NCBI GenBank assembly: GCA_964016885.1
Contig: OZ024747.1
Span: forward strand, 71,176,001 to 71,240,000
Direction of reading: 5' to 3'
Length of the DNA stretch: 64,000 nucleotides
Origin: Eledone cirrhosa
Taxonomy: Eukaryota
The notes under the pieces are model-generated. The model saw only the letters and a program-made list of their open reading frames with translations, was not told the origin of the DNA and ran no database searches. The translations under genes and the position numbers were made by a program. Below, piece after piece: positions 56,501 to 64,000 of the stretch; position 1 is the stretch's first letter, and the number at the start of each line of letters is the position of its first letter.

Positions 56501-59329
56501 TGGCTATATCTCTATGATTTCTACTTTCTCCGAAATGAGGATCTACTAATCTGTTGTTTGATTTCATTACTTTGCACCCCTGACTACACACTTTGCCATA
56601 TTGAAGATATAGATCTCTGTCGACGTTCGTTTTAGACTGGATTATCTAAGAAGAGTTATATAACCTCCTTGATTCATATTTAGTTAGTATATCATCTAAG
56701 GGAATGGGCCTATAATGGATTGTGTAATGAGAAGAGATATCTGTTAAGAGTGATTAAACATATGGAGCATCTTCGTGATGAAGGAAAAATTAGCGTTATA
56801 TGATCATTTCTAGGTTTTGAGTAAGACGTAGTTAATAATTACTTTATCAAATCCTTGGGAATAAGATCTAAGATCTAAGATACTAGATGAAGAACTGCTA
56901 CCAGATGAAAATAGCAACATAACCGTAAGATAAATGACTTGAATCGTGATTCCTGTTGAGACAACGTCGTAATATTTTGATTCATAGGTCACTATAATAA
57001 TTGCTATATTTTAACATTAGATAGTCAAATTCTTGTCCTGTTTAACTAGCAATAAAGGAACTATTATTCTATGTTAGCTTTTTCTGAGTATTTCCTTCCA
57101 TTTCTCAGTACATAAGAAACGTTAAGTTGACTTTAGCGGTATTGGAATTCAGAATAAAAATATATCAGAGTAGATGGTGTATCAATTTCTTATGTAGATA
57201 AAAAAAAATTACACAAGATTTTAAATAGATAATTGTGCCATTTATACCTTCAGAAGAATTACATTAGTAATGGATATTCGGTGTACTGGGTACAGCCAAG
57301 AATTAGAACGATCGTAAACACGGAAACGCAGAACTTAATTCTCGAAGTGTGACAGGGTGACTGTTTTTAGAAACTAAAAATGAAGAGTATTTTTGATTGC
57401 ATTAAACTCAATACATGACAAATGCTTCTTTCATTGACCGCCGAAGAAGTCGCACCTGGATTAATTTGAACTGACAATGGAAACCTATGAAATCTCCTTA
57501 GTTGTTGCCTCGACAATCTCTATTAGCTTTCATGATAAACGTCATTATCGTGACCAAATGAGGGCGTCCTCAATGTGATCACTCGATCTGCTAAAGACAA
57601 CAGTCAAATCACCATCAGACCGCACTCTACTATTCGATTTCAACTTTATTAAATATTTTCCGCGGAATTATAAACGTCTCCTAACTCTAACTCTCCGTGG
57701 CGTACTACATCAGAAGAGCATGATTACTGCCAAAAATACATTTGAATATAATCTTTAGCTTATTCTACATCAAGGCCATGCTGGATCATCGCTTTTATAA
57801 AGATAAATTACAGATATCTCTGACAAGACTCAAACCCACCCTACTCGACGTTAGAAATCCGTGAGAAAAATGGAAAAGGAAAACAGAAACAATGCAGTAT
57901 TTAAAAACAGTACACTCTAGTATCAATGAGTGAAGAGAAATTGAAGGCAACTCTGGTGGACAATCCAGTATTCTGTCTACCAGACAACCTAAACTATATA
58001 CCTATACTTACCTTCATATACACATGTTCACAGAAATAGCTAATATTAATATTTACGGTTTCAACTCCACCAACCGTCATATACATAATCATCTACTCAA
58101 CTACTCACACAACGACATCAGTTTAATGCATTACTCCCATATAACTATAAACAGGGGATGGTGGTAAAACACCTGCAGAGAAGCAATGATGGGCGAATTA
58201 CGACGTGACCCTAAATCGAAATGTGAATCTGGAGTCTGTCTGACACAAGTCCGGGTTGGTAATAACCTGGTAAATAGTAGCTTAGTATTCATCAATGTAT
58301 GTGCAGCATAGTGTGAGAGAGAGGTGTTTTTATACAAACGCTAAAACCTCAGAACAATGAGAAGAACGGAACAACACAAAGCTATAAGATTTTTCAAATT
58401 CCTCTATTTGTCCAGTATGTCAGCACCATCTGCTTTAGCCAAAGGCCCAATTGCCTTGTTTTATAGCACTTCGAACTATTAGCTATATTGCACTTAGGTT
58501 GTTTTCACAATGGATAATTCACAATCTTTTTATGCACGTTAACTACATACACAGAAATTCAAATTAATGGCAACGCTATGCTAGACAGCGAATACATAAA
58601 TAAAATATATAAATAAACGATGACGACGACAGCAATGGTGATGAGGGTGTTGATTGTGTAGGTAATGTTGGTGGGGAGGAGAAGGAAGGTAAATCTGTTT
58701 TGACATATGCAAAATGGTTTGTGAATAGTTAGTGTTTTTACTACTACTACTTGTAGTAGTAGTAGTAGTAAAAACACTTGTAGTAGTAGTAGTAGTAGTA
58801 GTGATAAGGATAAGGAAAGGGGTGTGAAGGAAGAGGAGGGGATATATCCCATTGTTACTAGTATCTTTAAATATTATCCACACAGAGAGTGAGAAACGGC
58901 CTATATATTTGTTCTACGCATCCCTCCTCCCCCGCCACACACACTCACTCACTCTCTCTCTCACACACACACACTCTTTCTCTCTTACACACACACTGTC
59001 TCTCTCTCTCTCGGTATCACTCACACACATAGGAACACGCATTCCGGGACACCAATAAACATTTATATAAATGCATACACATAATAAGCAATTAAATATT
59101 TTTGTAGGCATTATATCATAATACATAACATTGGTTATGTCTCTGTGTTTGAGAAAGAGGTAGAGAGTGTGATAGCGAGTAGCTGACAGACAGACAGACA
59201 GACGGACAGATGAGAAGCGATGCATATATTGTGTATAACTGATGTGTGAATAGGTGTTCAGAAAGCATGCAAAGAGTATGAGATGAATAAAGTAAAAACG
59301 TAAAGGTATGTTGTTGGAACTTAGTTGGT

Positions 59330-59600
59330 TCCGACGACAAGTGACCCAGTTGTTCGAGCAACGGAACTGCGTGCTCGTGAAATTAACATGCAAATGGTTG
59401 AGTATTCCACAGGCACGTGCACACTTAGTGTCTATCACAGGGATATTCAGCGTGTCAAAGACTCGCCATTTGAATTACTAGTACAAGTCTTTCCCAACTG
59501 AATTGACTGGAACAAATGGAGATAAAGTATCTTGTTCAAGGGTATAATGTGCCATCAGTAATCGAAATCACGACCTTGTGACGTGCAGAATACCATGCGT
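59330..59600 (-). mobile_element. Second SINE-like repeat family (related copy at ~13820-14030)
   Basis: Shared GCTCGTGAAAT(T/C)AA..TGCA..TTTGAATTAC..ACGACC blocks between the two loci. Confidence 0.5.
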
Positions 59601-59866
59601 ATACCATCTAATTGTCCCAGTACACAGAATATAGAATGCATTATCACGGAAGATAGAGAGGGAAACGCGCTGAAAACACCATTACAACTCACGTTGATCA
59701 TTCCTGCTGGTGACCATTTCTGTCCCGATAGCGGGAACTAAAGACGTAGTTCGAGGACCAACAAGAAACCTATCGGAAACCTCCGAAACTACGAGAGCAG
59801 TACATTCCTTCTCTAACCTTCTTTAACAACTCTTTCGTGTGTCTGTTATCCCCTATCTGAACTTTC

Positions 59867-59897
59867 CTGAAAAGGGACCTCTGTCCGAAACATCGTA
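59867..59897 (+). ncRNA. Degenerate hammerhead-like core
   Basis: CTGAAAA-G-GGAC ctct GTCC-GAAAC atc GTA; G8 is mutated and there is no stem I. Confidence 0.3.
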
Positions 59898-60080
59898 ACC
59901 TCATCCACTTCCACTAAGCGTGAACCTAATATAACTGTGTAAAAATTGCCTCCTGTGTGTTGTTTGTTCCATTTATCAACTAAAGTATCTGTAGTTTTCT
60001 TCACGGTCTATATTTTTTATAACTGAATTCTATATATATTATGTCTGGAAGTTTGTTTTGCTTTTTATAATAATTCACTC

Positions 60081-60280
60081 GGGGTGTTGAATTGGTAGAA
60101 TCGTCAGATCGTCGGACAAAACGCTTTGCGGTATTTGTTCGAGTTCTGAATAGAAATTCTGCCGAGGTCGATTATGCCTTTCATCCTTCCCAGGTCTAAG
60201 TACCAATTATGTACTGGGGTCAACGTGATGAAATTTCCCTCCTCCAAAATTACTGACCTTGTGCCTGAATTGGAAACCAT
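60081..60280 (+). mobile_element. SINE (diverged)
   Basis: Head, GCCGAGGTCGA..GCCTTTCATCC core and tail. Confidence 0.75.
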
Positions 60281-60500
60281 TATATAATTCGTTCAACGTA
60301 TGTAATCAGTACATTACATTTGTTCATGTAATCATTCTTCATACTATAATATATTATATCGTATAATATTATTATCATTAAACTCTACTCGATCACGAAG
60401 CCGGCGTCGACACAAGAATGAATCCTAGTTTGTAGCCTATCCACGTAATACCATCAAGTGTTTAAACTAGTGAACAATCGGTAACTCAACATTACACACC

Positions 60501-60538
<38 letters not shown>

Positions 60539-61148
60539 ATTTGTGTGGCATATATATATATACTCTCAGGCATGCACGTGCGTAAGATGGACAGATAGGC
60601 AGAGAAACATATGTATATAGATATAGATATATATATATATAAAGGAAAAGTATAGAAATTGTTGTAGCGAGAAGCTAACAGTATTCCATAATATATAAGT
60701 GACTATAGCGTCAAAATGGGAAAATAGTTAACATAAGATATGGGAAAAATAATTCAAACTCAATCAAAAAGAATCAGGATATAGATTTATCCAACAGAAT
60801 TTAGAGAAATCCAGGGAAAAATCAATAGAGCCTTAACTCATGATAAAACAAAGTCTAAAGTACTCATCCTTCAATTTGGGACAACTTCAAATGCTCTGTA
60901 TAGTCTTGAAAAGACTATTTCACGAAAACTTTCAGTGGGGATGGTCACGGTTGGATTTCATTCATCAGCAGAGTAACCAAGGTCTCACTGGTTAATATGC
61001 CAAAAAGGGAATTTAAAAGCAGGCTAGTTTAACATCATGCGTGATTATGAAAATAAAACGCACATGTGGAAAAACAGGGCTGGTGACGTCAGAATGAGAC
61101 GAATGTTTGTTTACATGAAACAACAGTAAAAAACATTCCGAAATTCCG

Positions 61149-61187
<39 letters not shown>

Positions 61188-61215
61188 TAGTTCCACAACT
61201 GTCAGTTCACCATTA

Positions 61216-61256
61216 CCGAGAACAATTGTTTCACCATATTCGGATCATCAGCTCGG
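61216..61256 (-). ncRNA. Type I minimal hammerhead ribozyme (inverted copy, left arm)
   Basis: The reverse complement reads CCGAG-CTGATGA-TCC gaatat GGT-GAAACAATTGTT-CTCGG. Confidence 0.8.
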
Positions 61257-61273
61257 TTTTAAACCGGTTTAAG

Positions 61274-61314
61274 CCGAGCTGATGATCCGAATAAGGTGAA
61301 ACAATTGTTCTCGG
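61274..61314 (+). ncRNA. Type I minimal hammerhead ribozyme (right arm of palindrome)
   Basis: CCGAG-CTGATGA-TCC gaataa GGT-GAAA-CAATTG-T-T-CTCGG. Perfect 5-bp stem I, palindromic stem III, U-U at the base of stem II. Confidence 0.8.
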
Positions 61315-61408
61315 TAATGGTGACCTAACTGTTGTGGAACTACTTCTACCAAACTCGTCCCATGGACTAAGTGCTCTACTACTACGGATATAACCCACCA
61401 GTGTTCTA

Positions 61409-61453
<45 letters not shown>

Positions 61454-61525
61454 GAGCGGAGCAGCAATTATCAAACAATCTTTTAAATAAATTAAAAAAC
61501 GATTTAAATATTCGCCTGTTCTATT

Positions 61526-61605
61526 GCCGTTACCGACGGTTTCACTAAACAAAAGATTGGAAATCCAGAGAATTTCCAATGGAAAGAATTAAATCTTCAG
61601 ACAGC
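61526..61605 (-). ncRNA. Type I hammerhead ribozyme with extended stem II
   Basis: Minus strand GCTGT-CTGAAGA-...ATTGGAAAT/ATTTCCAAT hairpin...-GAAA-CC gtc GG-T-A-ACGGC. The core is intact but the base of stem II is weak. Confidence 0.6.
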
Positions 61606-61816
61606 TATTTCCATACTATAAGGGTACAAAACCTCACAGTAAGTCAATATTTCGCTTACTGCCGACGCATGCGGTCAAGCCGTTGAAGTGACGCACACGC
61701 AAAAATAGGCCATTTTTATAGTTCTGGTATCTCAAATTAGTACCATCGAACCACAACTATTATAAGCACCATGCATATTTCTGTAGGTACCTAGTGCCTG
61801 TTGGAATATCCATATC

Positions 61817-61875
<59 letters not shown>

Positions 61876-62052
61876 TATATATTCCTGAGTTCAGTCTTTT
61901 TCGTCGCTATGGTCACTGCGGCCCTTCTATCGGTCGCTGTCTTCATTTTGCAAAGCTGTCTAAACGTAATGTTATAATTCTAGGGTTATATACCAAAACT
62001 GCACTCGTTAGCTTGGCTGCAACCATCGCTTGGTTGATGCTGTACTAAATTT

Positions 62053-62342
<290 letters not shown>

Positions 62343-63171
62343 GTGCCGAAGTGTTTGTTGTATGCAAGTTTGATTGGAAGTATAACTTATATTTGTGCTA
62401 TATAAAGAAGCCGTATTTCAATGTCTGAATTGAAATGAAGTTGAATCAAAGAAGATATTTACTAAACTGCCCTATGTTTGACATGGATAGTGACCTAGGA
62501 AATGACCTAAGCACTTTCTAAGAAAGTTCACTAAAGGGGTTCCTTCCCTATTAAACTGATTGCTACAATGAAACTATTTCTTAATTAATTATGCTCAATG
62601 CCAACATTTGTTTCTGAAAACTTCAATTACGGTGTTAAGCAACAAGAATTTGCAGCCAATATTTCAATGAAAAAATACCTAATATTTAAGTCATTTTTTG
62701 ATATCAGCAACGACTACTATTAGTATTATGATTATTATTATTGGTTCTTCAAATAATCGTCACACCAACTTTTGCTTCGTAAGTTTTGGTGATTTTTCAC
62801 TTGTTTGCATAACGTTTCTTGTTTATATTTTTTTAGAAACTCTAAATAGAGTGCCATACTTTGCTCTCAGAAAGGATGACTCCATAATATTTGAGTGGGA
62901 GTAATATTCGAGTATATTAGACCTACTTCTTGACTTGTACTCTATTCTATTGACTACATAGGGATGGACAACAATAAGGTCTCAGTGAGATTTAAACTCC
63001 AAGACGGAATAGATATAACTAGTCACACGTAGCCTTTCGCTCTAACGATTCCTTCAAGTTCAACGAGAGAGCATTTGTGTATTTGTTCGACTTACTAGAA
63101 ATAGCAAATAAAATAAGCCTAAAAATACACACTAACATTTGAAGTAACATTGCACATAATTAACAAGACTG

Positions 63172-63220
<49 letters not shown>

Positions 63221-63269
63221 ATACATACACACATACATACATACATACATACATACATACATACATACA

Positions 63270-63300
<31 letters not shown>

Positions 63301-64000
63301 GCAAAAGGCAAACAGAAATAACAAATGACACAGTGCAATGAAGTATTATATTATTAGTTTTAAGCTTGATATAGTAGGAAAGAGTCATAACGTTTTGGAT
63401 GCTAGTCGTTCATCAGAAGATAAAATGAGAAATTAAAGAAGAAATAGAAAAATTGAGGAAACGGGCAGAGTGAAAACGAAATTTTTTTTTTTTTTAAATA
63501 ACAGGTCCATTCATTTTGCCATCACTTGGAAAACTGTTGATGCTGGCGTTTTGTGTATGATATAGTTGTTTTGAAAATGTGATGATGCAGCGTGTCTATC
63601 TGAAAGGAGAAAGACCATTTTGTATATGTAAAGCAAATGGTCCATTCTATCAGAACTTACAACAAACTTCCCGAACAAGCAAATTGCTTGTAACACAGAT
63701 ACATTCCCACAGCACCAAAAATCAATACTGCATTATATTATACAACTATTGAAATATTTCAGTCCATCCATTTTTAGAATTTCACTAGTCTCCGGATATT
63801 TTTTTTTTTTTTTTAGCAATTCAAAACATTGAGAAATATATGAGGGTATATTTCTTGAATAATAATGTTCTTCTATAAATAGTATTTTCTGGTCTTCTAG
63901 TGTTAGTTTTAATATTTTCTACCTACTGATGGACAGTACACATCTAGTTGACCAAACGAGAAACAGTCTATCACAGTGTTCACACGAAGTACTTTAATAC

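Larger units (their letters stand above)
61185..61345. repeat. Spacerless palindrome, ~80-bp arms, containing two divergent hammerheads
   Basis: AAGTAGTTCCACAAC...TAAACC|GGTTTA...GTTGTGGAACTACTT. Confidence 0.95.

Noticed and set aside
56150-57000. Possible decayed protocadherin-like sequence (VDRD, DSG-like words) on the minus strand
   Set aside because: No intact DRE/DxNDN/DxD motifs in one frame; the resemblance is too weak.
63510-63750. Minus-strand exon pair with GTAAGT..TTTCAG 61-nt intron and a TM-like peptide
   Set aside because: Splicing gives an immediate stop, and there is no corroborating gene structure.

Overview
AT-rich, microsatellite-saturated eukaryotic DNA, intergenic or intronic. 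It is probably octopus or another cephalopod, inferred from the recurring tRNA-derived SINE and the repeat landscape. I found no convincing intact host gene; almost all listed ORFs are microsatellite translations. The only long coding unit is a full-length but frameshifted L1/Tx1-type LINE (minus strand, about 46750-52378, with a CCHC ORF1 and an APE-RT-Zn ORF2) inserted into a purine-rich satellite with a ~36/72-bp period. Also present are about 13 SINE copies, a Helitron-like element, RTE, CR1-like and REL-LINE fragments, and a Penelope GIY-YIG-like remnant. The most striking signal is a dense set of short non-coding cassettes embedded in (TA)n/(CA)n tracts. They carry type I hammerhead ribozyme motifs (5 essentially intact, including a U3-A8 compensatory variant, and at least 5 decayed) and/or long fold-back palindromes. 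In five cases the palindrome axis lies 5' of a CTGANGA-type box. One cassette is a 593-bp unit plus a 51-bp terminal direct repeat with the ribozyme in the middle. Together these look like a Penelope-dependent, retrozyme-like family. All pairings were read by eye; activity, expression and novelty are untested.
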